Source of the DNA: an uncultured Anaerolineaceae bacterium
Lineage (GTDB): Bacteria; Chloroflexota; Anaerolineae; Anaerolineales; DRMV01
NCBI GenBank assembly: GCA_964435005.1
Contig: CAYSXA010000001.1
Span: forward strand, 2,237 to 66,236
Reading direction: 5' to 3'
Length of the DNA stretch: 64,000 bases
Of the stretch, positions 55,966 to 64,000 are shown one piece after another (positions within the stretch are counted from its first letter, which is position 1; the number at the start of each line of letters is the position of its first letter). The notes beneath the pieces are model-generated. The model was not told where the DNA came from, did not search any database, and worked only from the letters and a program-made list of their open reading frames with translations. Position numbers and translations under genes: made by a program.

Positions 55966-56466
55966 GTGCGCCTGCGCGGGCGGGCCTGGAAGTTCGGCGC
56001 CAACGTGGATACCGATGCCATCATCCCCGCCCGGCATTGCAACACCGCCGATCCGCGCGAACTGGCGCAGCACTGCATGGAAGATGCCGACCCCGAATTC
56101 GTGCACAAGATGCGGCGCGGCGACCTGATCGTGGCTGATGAGAACTTCGGTTGCGGTAGTTCTCGCGAGGTGGCTCCCATCACCATCAAGGCTGCCGGCG
56201 TGAGCGCGGTGATCGCCAAATCCTTCGCCCGCATCTTCTTCCGCAATGCGATCAACATCGGCTTGCCTATCCTGGAATGTCCTGAAGCGGTGGACGGCAT
56301 CCAGGAGGGCGACGAGATCGAGGTAGAACCCGCTACCGGCATCATCCGCAACCTGACGCGGGGTGAGACCTATCAGGCCGCCCCCTTCCCGGACTTCTTG
56401 CGGCAAATCATCGACCGGGGCGGTTTGCTGGCCTACGTTCAAGACCGTCTGGCAGGAAAGGTGTAA
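55966..56466 (+). CDS. Aconitase-family dehydratase small subunit (LeuD/HacB-type), encoded in frame with the preceding ligase
   Basis: (V)RLRGRAWKFGANVDTDAIIPAR..., ENFGCGSSREVAPITIKAAGVSAVIAKSFARIFFRNAINIGLP. A possible internal GTG at 55966, but there is no stop upstream. Confidence 0.8.
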   Translation: MRLRGRAWKFGANVDTDAIIPARHCNTADPRELAQHCMEDADPEFVHKMRRGDLIVADENFGCGSSREVAPITIKAAGVSAVIAKSFARIFFRNAINIGLPILECPEAVDGIQEGDEIEVEPATGIIRNLTRGETYQAAPFPDFLRQIIDRGGLLAYVQDRLAGKV

Positions 56467-56467
56467 C

Positions 56468-57616
56468 ATGGTTGATTTTTCACTCTCCGATGAACAAAAG
56501 TTCATGCGCGAACTGGCGCACAAGTTCGCCGAGAAGGAGATCCGTCCCATCGCGGCGGAATATGACGAACGGGAAGAAGTGCCCTGGGAGGTGATCAAGA
56601 AAGCTGCACAGGCCGGCTTCCTCTCCTACTACATCCCGGAGGAGTACGGCGGGGGTGGCGTGACCGACCTGCTGACCCACGTGCTAGTGGATGAGGAACT
56701 CTTCTGGGGCTGTGCTGGGGTGGGAACCATCCTGGGCGGCACCAGCCTGTGCGTCACACCGATTCTGATCGCCGGCACGGAGGAGCAGAAGCAAAAGTAC
56801 CTGTCCCTGTTCTGCGACCCGGAGCATCCGCGCCTGGGTGCGTTCGCGCTCACCGAGCCGTCCGCCGGCTCCGATCCGGCTAGCATGTCTACCCACGCGG
56901 TGCGCGAGGGCGATTACTACATCATCAACGGCTACAAGACATTTATCACCAATGGCGGCATTGCCGACCTGTATGTGGTGTTCGCCACCGTAGACCCCAG
57001 TTTAGGGCATCGCGGCATCACCGCGTTCATCGTGGAGAAGGACACGCCGGGCCTGGTGCCGGGGAAGAAAGAGAAGAAGATGGGCATCCGCGCCTCGCAC
57101 ACTGCCCAGCTGGCCTTCGAGAACATGCGTGTGCCGGTCTCCAACCGGTTGGGTGCGGAGGGCGATGGCTTCACGATTGCCATGAAGACGTTTGAGATCA
57201 CGCGCGTCCACGTCGCCATCGGTGCAGTGGGTATCGCGCGCGCGGCCTTCGAGTATGCCCGCGATTACGCCAACGAACGTGTGCAATTTGGCAAGCCAAT
57301 CATCCAGCACGAGGCGGTTGGTTTCATGCTGGCGGATATGGCAATGCAGATCGAGGCCGCGCGATTGCTGTGCTGGCAGGCCGCCTGGCTGCACGACCAG
57401 GGGAAGACGAATACCTACTATGCCAGCATGGCGAAAGCGTTCGCGGCGGACATGGCGATGAAAGTCACCACCGATGCGGTGCAGGTGTTAGGCGGGTACG
57501 GCTATATCCGCGAGTATCCGGTCGAAAAGTGGATGCGCGACGCCAAAATCGTCCAGGTGTACGAAGGGACATCCCAGATTCAGCGGCTGATCATCTCCCG
57601 CCATCTGATGCAGTGA
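56468..57616 (+). CDS. Acyl-CoA dehydrogenase
   Basis: FSLSDEQKFMRELAHKFAEKEIRPIAAEYDE, FALTEPSAGSD, C-terminal QVYEGTSQIQRLIISR. 382 aa. Confidence 0.9.
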   Translation: MVDFSLSDEQKFMRELAHKFAEKEIRPIAAEYDEREEVPWEVIKKAAQAGFLSYYIPEEYGGGGVTDLLTHVLVDEELFWGCAGVGTILGGTSLCVTPILIAGTEEQKQKYLSLFCDPEHPRLGAFALTEPSAGSDPASMSTHAVREGDYYIINGYKTFITNGGIADLYVVFATVDPSLGHRGITAFIVEKDTPGLVPGKKEKKMGIRASHTAQLAFENMRVPVSNRLGAEGDGFTIAMKTFEITRVHVAIGAVGIARAAFEYARDYANERVQFGKPIIQHEAVGFMLADMAMQIEAARLLCWQAAWLHDQGKTNTYYASMAKAFAADMAMKVTTDAVQVLGGYGYIREYPVEKWMRDAKIVQVYEGTSQIQRLIISRHLMQ

Positions 57617-57640
57617 CAGGCCCTCTCCTCTCCCCCCGCT

Positions 57641-57679
57641 TCCCCCCTCCCCTCTCCCAATGGGAGAGGGGAGGGGGGA
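57641..57679. repeat. GC-rich palindromic intergenic element, second copy (19-bp perfect arms)
   Basis: TCCCCCCTCCCCTCTCCCA (57641-57659), A, TGGGAGAGGGGAGGGGGGA (57661-57679). Same CCTCTCCCA/TGGGAGAGG core as 52609-52627, followed by a similar GGGGTGAGGG tail. Confidence 0.85.
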
Positions 57680-57724
57680 AATGAAGGGGGGCGGGGTGAG
57701 GGAGACCACCAGTGAGGAGGAAGC

Positions 57725-58807
57725 ATGAAAACCTATAACATCGGCGTCATCCCCGGCGACGGCATTGGCCCTGAAGTGGCTGCTGAGGGCCTTAAGGTGC
57801 TGCGCACCGTGATGGAAATCGAGGGCTTCGACTGCAACCTGGTCGAGTACCCGTACTCCGGTGAGTATTACCTGAAGACCAAAGAACTGGTTCCTGAGCG
57901 GGTGATCGACGAGTGGCGCACGCTAGACGCGGTTTTCCTGGGCGCCATCGGGCATCCGGATGTGGAGCCGGGGCTGGTGGAGCGGTCGGTCATTCTGGGA
58001 CTGCGCTTCGGGCTGGATCTGTACATCAACCTGCGTCCGGTCAAACTGTATGCCCCGCACCTCACCCCGCTGAAGGACAAGCAGCCGGAGGATATGGACT
58101 TCGTGGTGGTGCGCGAAAACACCGAGGGGTTGTACGCCCAAATTGGCGGTTTCTTAAAAAAGAACACGCCGGACGAAGTGTCCACCGTGATCGGGGTGTA
58201 CACCCGCAAGGGGGTGGAGCGCGCGGTGCGCTATGCATACGACCTAGCTCGCCGCCGCAAGCAGGAACTCGGAAAACCCGGTCGCCTGACGCTGGTGGAC
58301 AAGGCCAACGCGGTGCGCCCACACGACATCTGGACACGCGCCTTCGCCGAGGTTGGCGAGGAGTATCCCGATGTGGAACAGGATCACGCTTATGTGGACG
58401 CCTGCACCATGTGGATGGTGAAGAACCCGGAGTGGTTTGACGTGATCGTGACCACCAACCTGTTCGGTGACATCATCACCGATCTGGGCGCTGCGCTGAC
58501 CGGCGGGATGGGCATCGCAGCGTCAGGCAATCTGCACCCCGGCAAGACCTCGATGTTCGAGCCGATTCACGGCTCTGCGCCCAAGTACGCCGGCAAGAAC
58601 GTGGCCTGTCCGCTGGGGGCGATTCTGGCGGTCAGTATGATGCTGGAATATTTGGGCGAGAAGCGGGCTGCCACGCTGATCGAAAACGCGATCAGTGACC
58701 TGATGGTGAGCGGCGCCATCCCATCCGCAACCACACGCAGCGGCCTGAGCACCACTCAACAGGGAGACATGGTGGTGGAAGCCATTCGCAAGCAGGTGGA
58801 TGGGTAG
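57725..58807 (+). CDS. Isopropylmalate/isocitrate dehydrogenase-family beta-decarboxylating dehydrogenase (closest by eye to tartrate/D-malate dehydrogenase TtuC type)
   Basis: IGVIPGDGIGPEV, VRENTEGLY, NLFGDIITDLGAAL.GG.GIAAS.N, EPIHGSAPKYAGK. 360 aa. Confidence 0.85.
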   Translation: MKTYNIGVIPGDGIGPEVAAEGLKVLRTVMEIEGFDCNLVEYPYSGEYYLKTKELVPERVIDEWRTLDAVFLGAIGHPDVEPGLVERSVILGLRFGLDLYINLRPVKLYAPHLTPLKDKQPEDMDFVVVRENTEGLYAQIGGFLKKNTPDEVSTVIGVYTRKGVERAVRYAYDLARRRKQELGKPGRLTLVDKANAVRPHDIWTRAFAEVGEEYPDVEQDHAYVDACTMWMVKNPEWFDVIVTTNLFGDIITDLGAALTGGMGIAASGNLHPGKTSMFEPIHGSAPKYAGKNVACPLGAILAVSMMLEYLGEKRAATLIENAISDLMVSGAIPSATTRSGLSTTQQGDMVVEAIRKQVDG

Positions 58808-58861
58808 CAGGAGGTGTGACGCGCTTGCAAAGTGCGTTGTACCTCGTTGTGTCATATATCG

Positions 58862-58895
58862 AAGCGGGTGGCATTGCCGCCCGCTTATTTTGTTT
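58862..58895 (+). terminator. Rho-independent terminator after the dehydrogenase gene
   Basis: AAGCGGGTGGC-ATT-GCCGCCCGCTT (one G-U pair), then ATTTTGTTT. Confidence 0.75.
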
Positions 58896-58991
58896 CCACT
58901 TGCCCGGAAATCACCCTGATGGTAGGATAAGCGCAACCCGATTGCGATGGCGGGGTTGTCACCCTGGGAAATCTCATCGCTTGGAGCGTGC

Positions 58992-60506
58992 ATGTTCAAC
59001 AAGGTCTTGATTGCCAATCGAGGGGAGATCGCCGTCCGTATCTTGCGGGCGTGCCGTGAACTGGGACTGCAAACGGTGGCTGTGTACTCCGAAGCCGACC
59101 GCCAGGCCATGCACGTGCGCTATGCGGACGAGGCGTACTGTATCGGCCCGGCCCCGTCGCGCGATTCCTACCTGCGCATGGATCGCATCCTGGAGGTAGC
59201 GAGGAAGAGTGGCGCGGGCGCCATCCATCCAGGCTACGGCTTCCTGGCCGAGCGGGCAGACTTCGCTCAGGCGTGCGCCGATGAGGGCATTGTGTTCATC
59301 GGTCCCAAACCTTCGGCCATCGCTGCGATGGGCGACAAAGCTGTGGCGCGCGCCACCGTGGCTGCGGCGGGTGTGCCGGTCGTCCCTGGCACGGAGGGCG
59401 AGGGCAGCATGAGCGACGAGGAATTGCTCGCCATTGCGCCCAAAATCGGATTCCCCTTGCTCATCAAGGCCACCGCTGGAGGCGGCGGCAAGGGTATGCG
59501 TGAGGTGCGCAGTCTGGACGAGATGCCTGCCTTGCTTCAGGCCGCCCGCCGCGAGGCCGAGGCTGCCTTTGGCGACGGCAATGTCTATCTGGAGAAACTG
59601 GTCGAGGGCGCGCGACACATTGAAATCCAGATCCTGGCCGACGCTTATGGTAACGTGATCCACCTGGGCGAGCGCGAGTGCTCCATCCAGCGCCGTCACC
59701 AGAAACTGCTCGAAGAATCGCCATCGCCTTTCGTGGACAAGAATGAGGAGTTGCGTCGGCGTATGGGTAAGGTCGCCGTGCGCGCGGCGCAGGCGGTGGA
59801 TTACGTCAACGCAGGTACCATCGAGTTCCTGGTGGACAAGGATGGCAACTTTTACTTCCTGGAGATGAATACCCGCCTGCAGGTGGAGCATCCGGTTACC
59901 GAAATGGTCACTGGGGTGGACATTGTCAAGGAACAAATCCGCATCGCGCGTGGGCGACAACTTTCATACCGCCAGGAAGACATCCAGATGAACGGGTGGG
60001 CCATCGAGTGCCGCGTGAACGCCGAAGATCCCTTCAACAACTTCATGCCGTCTACCGGAAAGATCGTTTTTAGCCAGCTTCCAACCGGGCCGGGTGTTCG
60101 CGTGGACACCGGCGTGTATCCTGGCTTTGAGATTTCCCCTTACTACGACTCGATGATCTCCAAAGTGATCGTGTGGGGGGAGACGCGCGGCCAGGCTCTG
60201 TTGCGTATGCGCCGCGCGTTGGAAGAGTACAAGATCATTGGGGTCAAGACGAACATCCCCTTCCACCAGGCGCTGCTGGAACAGCACCGCTTCATCGCCG
60301 GGCACTTCGACACGCGTTTCGTGGAAGAACGGTTCTCGCTGGAATCTGCCGGAGAGAGCCGCGAATACCGCCCGGAGATCGCTGCGATCTTCGCTACGCT
60401 GGTCGCGCACCAACAAGCCCAGCGCGCGGCGCACATCGTACAGCGCAATGCACGCGACACCAGTAACTGGAAGTGGCTCAGCCGCTGGGAGCGCCTGCGC
60501 CGCTAG
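58992..60506 (+). CDS. accC: Biotin carboxylase (AccC/PycA-type) with about 55-aa C-terminal extension
   Basis: [28 protein letters not shown]-grasp [22 protein letters not shown]. 504 aa. Confidence 0.9.
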   Translation: MFNKVLIANRGEIAVRILRACRELGLQTVAVYSEADRQAMHVRYADEAYCIGPAPSRDSYLRMDRILEVARKSGAGAIHPGYGFLAERADFAQACADEGIVFIGPKPSAIAAMGDKAVARATVAAAGVPVVPGTEGEGSMSDEELLAIAPKIGFPLLIKATAGGGGKGMREVRSLDEMPALLQAARREAEAAFGDGNVYLEKLVEGARHIEIQILADAYGNVIHLGERECSIQRRHQKLLEESPSPFVDKNEELRRRMGKVAVRAAQAVDYVNAGTIEFLVDKDGNFYFLEMNTRLQVEHPVTEMVTGVDIVKEQIRIARGRQLSYRQEDIQMNGWAIECRVNAEDPFNNFMPSTGKIVFSQLPTGPGVRVDTGVYPGFEISPYYDSMISKVIVWGETRGQALLRMRRALEEYKIIGVKTNIPFHQALLEQHRFIAGHFDTRFVEERFSLESAGESREYRPEIAAIFATLVAHQQAQRAAHIVQRNARDTSNWKWLSRWERLRR

Positions 60507-60514
60507 GAGGCTCC

Positions 60515-61015
60515 ATGACGAAATATATTGCTACCATTGGAGACAAAGAATACCTGATCGAAATCCTGGACGAGCGTCATGTCCGCCTGGGAGACGAAGA
60601 GTTCGAAGTGGATTTCGAGTCGGTCAGCGGGCAGCCGGTGTACACGCTGCTGTTGAATGGCGAATCCTACGAGGCGCTGGTGCACTCTGCCGATGAGGGC
60701 TGGCAGGTGCTGCGGCGCGGCGTGCTCTATGAGGTGCAGGTGGAGGACGAGCGCGAACGTCGGCTGCGAGCATCGGCGGGCAGCGGCGTGGCACAGACCG
60801 GACCCTTCCACCTGAAAGCTCCTATGCCTGGCCTGGTCGTCGCTGTGCCAGTGAGCGAAGGGCAGGAAGTGAAGAAGGGTGAAGTGCTGGTCATCCTGGA
60901 ATCGATGAAGATGCAGAACGAGTTGAAATCGCCGCGCGACGGCACCGTGACCCGCATTCGCGTGCAGGCTGGCGACAGCGTGGAGCAGAAACAGACGTTG
61001 CTGAGCGTAGAGTGA
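60515..61015 (+). CDS. Biotin carboxyl carrier protein with an N-terminal BT-like domain
   Basis: C-terminal biotinyl domain APMPGLVVAV.V..G..V..G..L.ILESMKMQNEL. 166 aa. Confidence 0.85.
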   Translation: MTKYIATIGDKEYLIEILDERHVRLGDEEFEVDFESVSGQPVYTLLLNGESYEALVHSADEGWQVLRRGVLYEVQVEDERERRLRASAGSGVAQTGPFHLKAPMPGLVVAVPVSEGQEVKKGEVLVILESMKMQNELKSPRDGTVTRIRVQAGDSVEQKQTLLSVE

Positions 61016-61650
61016 TGGGTGATGCAGAACAAGGGGGAACCGGCCTGGAGATCGAGGTCAAGTTCTGGGTGCAAGATCTGGCACCCATCCAGGTGCGGCT
61101 GGAGGAGATAGGGGCGCGTCTTGTCCGCCCGCGCACCCTGGAGCGCAATCTGCGCTTCGACAACCCCGCCAGTGAACTCACGCGTAACCATCGTGTGCTG
61201 CGCCTGCGCATGGACACCGTTGCCCGGCTGACGTATAAAGGGCCGGGCTTTGTGCGTCATGGAGTCCGGCATCGGGAGGAGATTGAGTTCGAGGTGAGCG
61301 ACTTCGGCGCGGCGCGCGCGATGCTCGAATCACTTGGCTATCGCGTGGTCGCAGTGTATGAAAAGTACCGTGCCGAGTATGCCCTGGATCAGACCCACAT
61401 CACGCTGGACGAGACGCCGATAGGCCGCTTTGTGGAGATCGAAGGCCCGAATGCAGAGCACATCCGCCGGGTGGCGGAACGGTTGCGTCTGCGCTGGAGT
61501 GCGGGCATCCAGGCCGGTTATCTGGCGCTGTTCGACCGTCTGCGGCAGGTGCGCGGCTGGGAGGGCCGCTCACTTACGTTCGAAGACTTGCGCGGCGAGT
61601 CGGTGGAACCGGCCTGGATCGGCCTGCAATGGGCGGATCAGGCCGGATGA
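61015..61650 (+). CDS. CYTH-domain protein (CyaB-type class IV adenylate cyclase / triphosphatase family)
   Basis: N-terminal LEIEVKF (ExExK). About 210 aa. Overlaps the BCCP stop. Confidence 0.7.
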   Translation: MGDAEQGGTGLEIEVKFWVQDLAPIQVRLEEIGARLVRPRTLERNLRFDNPASELTRNHRVLRLRMDTVARLTYKGPGFVRHGVRHREEIEFEVSDFGAARAMLESLGYRVVAVYEKYRAEYALDQTHITLDETPIGRFVEIEGPNAEHIRRVAERLRLRWSAGIQAGYLALFDRLRQVRGWEGRSLTFEDLRGESVEPAWIGLQWADQAG

Positions 61651-61689
61651 TGCCTGCTGTTGAACCCCACAATTGACCAGGGGCAAGTC

Positions 61690-63051
61690 ATGCGATTGCT
61701 GGAAGTAGTGTTATTGATCCTGGAAGGCGTGGCGTTGATCGCGTGGCAGCGCACTGCCTGGCGGCGTCCGCTGGCCGGGATGGTCCTGGCGGCGCTCATA
61801 GCACAGGTAGCGTTTGAAGGCTTTCGCTGGCAACTCGCGCCGGCGTTGGTGCTGGCGGTGGTGCTGCTCGTGGCGGCTGTCTGGCACCCGCCGGTGTCGC
61901 GCGGTGGGCGCATTGCCCTGTGGAGCGGAGTGGTGCTTTTGGGTGCGGTAGCGGTATTTCTACCAGCGGCTTTCCCCGTTCCACGCATGCCCGATCCGCA
62001 GGGTACATTTGCCGTCGGCCAAGCCGTGCTGTACTTCCGCGACGAGAGCCGTACCGACCCCTACGCTCCTGAGCCCTCGGCGCGCGAGTTCGGCGTGTAC
62101 GTCTGGTATCCAGCGGTGGAATCGTGTGACGATCCGCTGCCCTATTTGCCTGCCGATCGCATCCTGGCGCGCGCCATCGCCGATTATCTGCATCTGCCCT
62201 CGTTCTTTCTGGATCATGTGCCGCTGGTGCGCACCCACACCTGCGCCGATGCGCCAATGGCCGACGGGCGTTTCCCGGTGCTGATCTTTTCCCACGGTTG
62301 GGCAGGCTTCTACGCACAGAACACCATTCAGGCGGAAGTGCTGGCCGCGCACGGCTATGTGGTACTGGCGCTGGATCATCCCTACGGCGCGACCGTGGTG
62401 GTCTTTCCCGATGGGCGGGTGGCCTACCTCAACCGCGATACGCTCCCTGGCGGCCTGCCGGAAGACGAGTACCGCCGTGCGGCGCAACGATTGGTGACGC
62501 AGTGGAGCGGCGATGTGCGCTTACTGCTGGATCGTCTACCTGCTCTGCAAGATGGGGCGATCTCCTCACCGCTGGCCGGGCATCTGGATGTGGAACGCAT
62601 CGGCATGTTCGGCCACTCGACCGGTGGTGGTAACATCGTGGAGACCTGCTTCCGCGATCCACGCTGTGACGCGGCCCTGCTTTACGATCCCTGGCTGGTG
62701 CCTGTCTCGGATGAGGCACTTGAGGGCGGCGTATCGCAGCCGATGCTCGTCCTGCGTACGCCCGAAAGCATCTCCGCGCCCAACCGCGCGCTGCTGGAGA
62801 AGTTATTGCAGCACACGCACACCCCGGCCTGGGATGTGATCATCGCGGGGACAAGGCATTACGACTTCACCGATTTGCCGATGCTTTCGCCGCTCGCGCC
62901 GGCGTTGGGGCTTAAAGGGCCTATTCCGGGTGAGCGGGTGGTCTCTTTGCTCAATCGCCTGACGCTGGCCTTCTTCGATGCTACCTTGAAGGGCGCCTCG
63001 CTTCCCACTGACCTGTTCACGGAACCGGAATTCACCGTGCGCTTACACTGA
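61690..63051 (+). CDS. Membrane-anchored alpha/beta hydrolase (PAF-acetylhydrolase / lipase-like)
   Basis: Three N-terminal TM helices. PVLIFSHGW oxyanion region. Nucleophile elbow GHSTGG. ATG 61690 (TTG 61660 is an alternative). Confidence 0.7.
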   Translation: MRLLEVVLLILEGVALIAWQRTAWRRPLAGMVLAALIAQVAFEGFRWQLAPALVLAVVLLVAAVWHPPVSRGGRIALWSGVVLLGAVAVFLPAAFPVPRMPDPQGTFAVGQAVLYFRDESRTDPYAPEPSAREFGVYVWYPAVESCDDPLPYLPADRILARAIADYLHLPSFFLDHVPLVRTHTCADAPMADGRFPVLIFSHGWAGFYAQNTIQAEVLAAHGYVVLALDHPYGATVVVFPDGRVAYLNRDTLPGGLPEDEYRRAAQRLVTQWSGDVRLLLDRLPALQDGAISSPLAGHLDVERIGMFGHSTGGGNIVETCFRDPRCDAALLYDPWLVPVSDEALEGGVSQPMLVLRTPESISAPNRALLEKLLQHTHTPAWDVIIAGTRHYDFTDLPMLSPLAPALGLKGPIPGERVVSLLNRLTLAFFDATLKGASLPTDLFTEPEFTVRLH

Positions 63052-63227
63052 GACAGGTTGCAGGTAAACGAATCCGGTAAAATATCCTGTCCTGGGGGCT
63101 GATGGCTGCCCCTAAAAATGTCGAGGTGCATTGTACTATAGTCACCCCTGGATGATATTGGACATCGGGGCAGCGTGCCTGCAGCCGGATCGTTGTTTCG
63201 TGCATGGCAATGTGAGAGCGAGGTTCC

Positions 63228-63941
63228 ATGAGCGTAGAATCTGTTCCGTTGGTGCTGGTGGTGGAAGATGAGCCGGCGCTGCGTGAGACGTTGGCTTACA
63301 ACCTGGAACGTGCCGGGTACCGGGTGCTCACGGCGGCAGATGGGCGGCAAGGGCTGGAGATCGCCCGCCGTGAACGTCCCGACGCGCTGGTGCTTGATGT
63401 GATGCTCCCTGGCCTGGATGGGTTGGAGGTCACCCGTATCTTACGCCAGGAGAGCGCAGTACCGATTCTGATGCTCACTGCGCGTGCCGATGAGATCGAC
63501 CGCGTGCTGGGGCTGGAGATCGGCGCGGACGATTACCTGACCAAACCGTTCTCCATGCGTGAATTGCTGGCGCGGGTGAAGGCGTTGTTGCGTCGCGCTG
63601 CTATGAATCAGATTCGGTATGAGGTCACTGAAACGTCACCAGAGGTGTTGCGTTTCGATGATTTGGTGATCGACCTGGGCCGCCGCGAGGTGCGGGTGGG
63701 CGATCGACGCTTCACGCCCAAGCCCCAGGAGTTCGATTTGCTGGTGTACTTCGCCCGCCATCGTGGGCAGACGCTTTCGCGCGAGAGACTGCTGCAGGAG
63801 GTGTGGGGATGGGATTACAGCGGCGGCAGCCGCACGGTGGACGTGCACGTACGCTGGCTGCGCGAGAAGATTGAGGCCGATCCGTCGAACCCGGTGCGCA
63901 TCGTGACCGTGCGCGGTGTGGGCTACCGGTTTGAAGGCTGA
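63228..63941 (+). CDS. OmpR/PhoB-family response regulator
   Basis: [40 protein letters not shown], winged helix ..[32 protein letters not shown]. Confidence 0.9.
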   Translation: MSVESVPLVLVVEDEPALRETLAYNLERAGYRVLTAADGRQGLEIARRERPDALVLDVMLPGLDGLEVTRILRQESAVPILMLTARADEIDRVLGLEIGADDYLTKPFSMRELLARVKALLRRAAMNQIRYEVTETSPEVLRFDDLVIDLGRREVRVGDRRFTPKPQEFDLLVYFARHRGQTLSRERLLQEVWGWDYSGGSRTVDVHVRWLREKIEADPSNPVRIVTVRGVGYRFEG

Positions 63942-63942
63942 A

Positions 63943-64000
63943 ATGCGATCTGCGATCACGCGCGCTGCGCTATCTTCAGCCCTGATTTTGGGCTTGCTGG
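63943..64000 (+). CDS. Start of a probable cognate sensor kinase (3'-truncated by window edge)
   Basis: ATG 63943, 2 nt after the regulator stop. MRSAITRAALSSALILGLL looks like a TM helix. Only 19 codons are visible. Confidence 0.4.
   Translation, partial: MRSAITRAALSSALILGLL

Noticed and set aside
54685-56598. 637-aa minus-strand ORF antisense to the ligase/leuD/ACAD genes
   Set aside because: A GC-driven shadow ORF that spans three well-supported + strand genes.
63093-63125. GGGGCTGAT, reminiscent of the 5' end of tmRNA
   Set aside because: There is no following GGATTCGAC-type T-arm or acceptor pairing, and the intergenic space (176 nt) is too short for a tmRNA.

Overview
GC-rich, gene-dense window with about 60 protein genes. 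Nearly all are on the + strand and many are joined by ATGA/GTGA overlaps. I found no rRNA, tRNA, CRISPR array or obvious mobile element by eye. The gene content suggests a Chloroflexota-like bacterium: Alternative Complex III, lipoprotein-anchored solute-binding protein, archaeal-type mevalonate genes, and GC-rich CCTCTCCC..GGGAGAGG palindromes. That taxonomic call is inference only.

Layout:
- (1) 1-7.7 kb: a LuxR-type regulator, then an Alternative Complex III operon (actA-B1-B2-C-D-E plus an extra lipoprotein cytochrome c).
- (2) 7.8-12.7 kb: a PAS histidine kinase and OmpR-type regulator, a 414-nt structured spacer, and a triplicated hexahaem cytochrome c.
- (3) 12.7-23.7 kb: housekeeping genes (rdgB, yceD-rpoD, moaA, a HAD hydrolase, HMG-CoA reductase/synthase/thiolase/DUF35, metG, a DUF212 protein).
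- (4) 24.2-61 kb: one long co-directional supercluster. It holds a 4-subunit benzoyl-CoA-reductase-like (BCR-like) enzyme, PaaX, a beta-oxidation set, two iorAB copies, two paaK copies, a Liv-type ABC transporter, a MoaD-like gene plus tungsten-type AOR, PaaI, an acyl-CoA synthetase, an acyl-CoA dehydrogenase, dispersed LeuA/LeuC/LeuD/LeuB-type genes, and a split biotin carboxylase/BCCP.
- (5) 61-64 kb: a CYTH protein, a membrane alpha/beta hydrolase and another two-component pair.

Main hypothesis (inference): the supercluster could encode a 'homologate, then beta-oxidise' route from arylpyruvate to benzoyl-CoA, feeding a dearomatising reductase.

Three junctions lack a stop codon, so the upstream ORF reads in frame into a downstream gene that has its own SD and start: REC-like::actA, livF::iorA and acyl-CoA synthetase::leuD.

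All homology calls come from motif recognition by eye. No searches were run.
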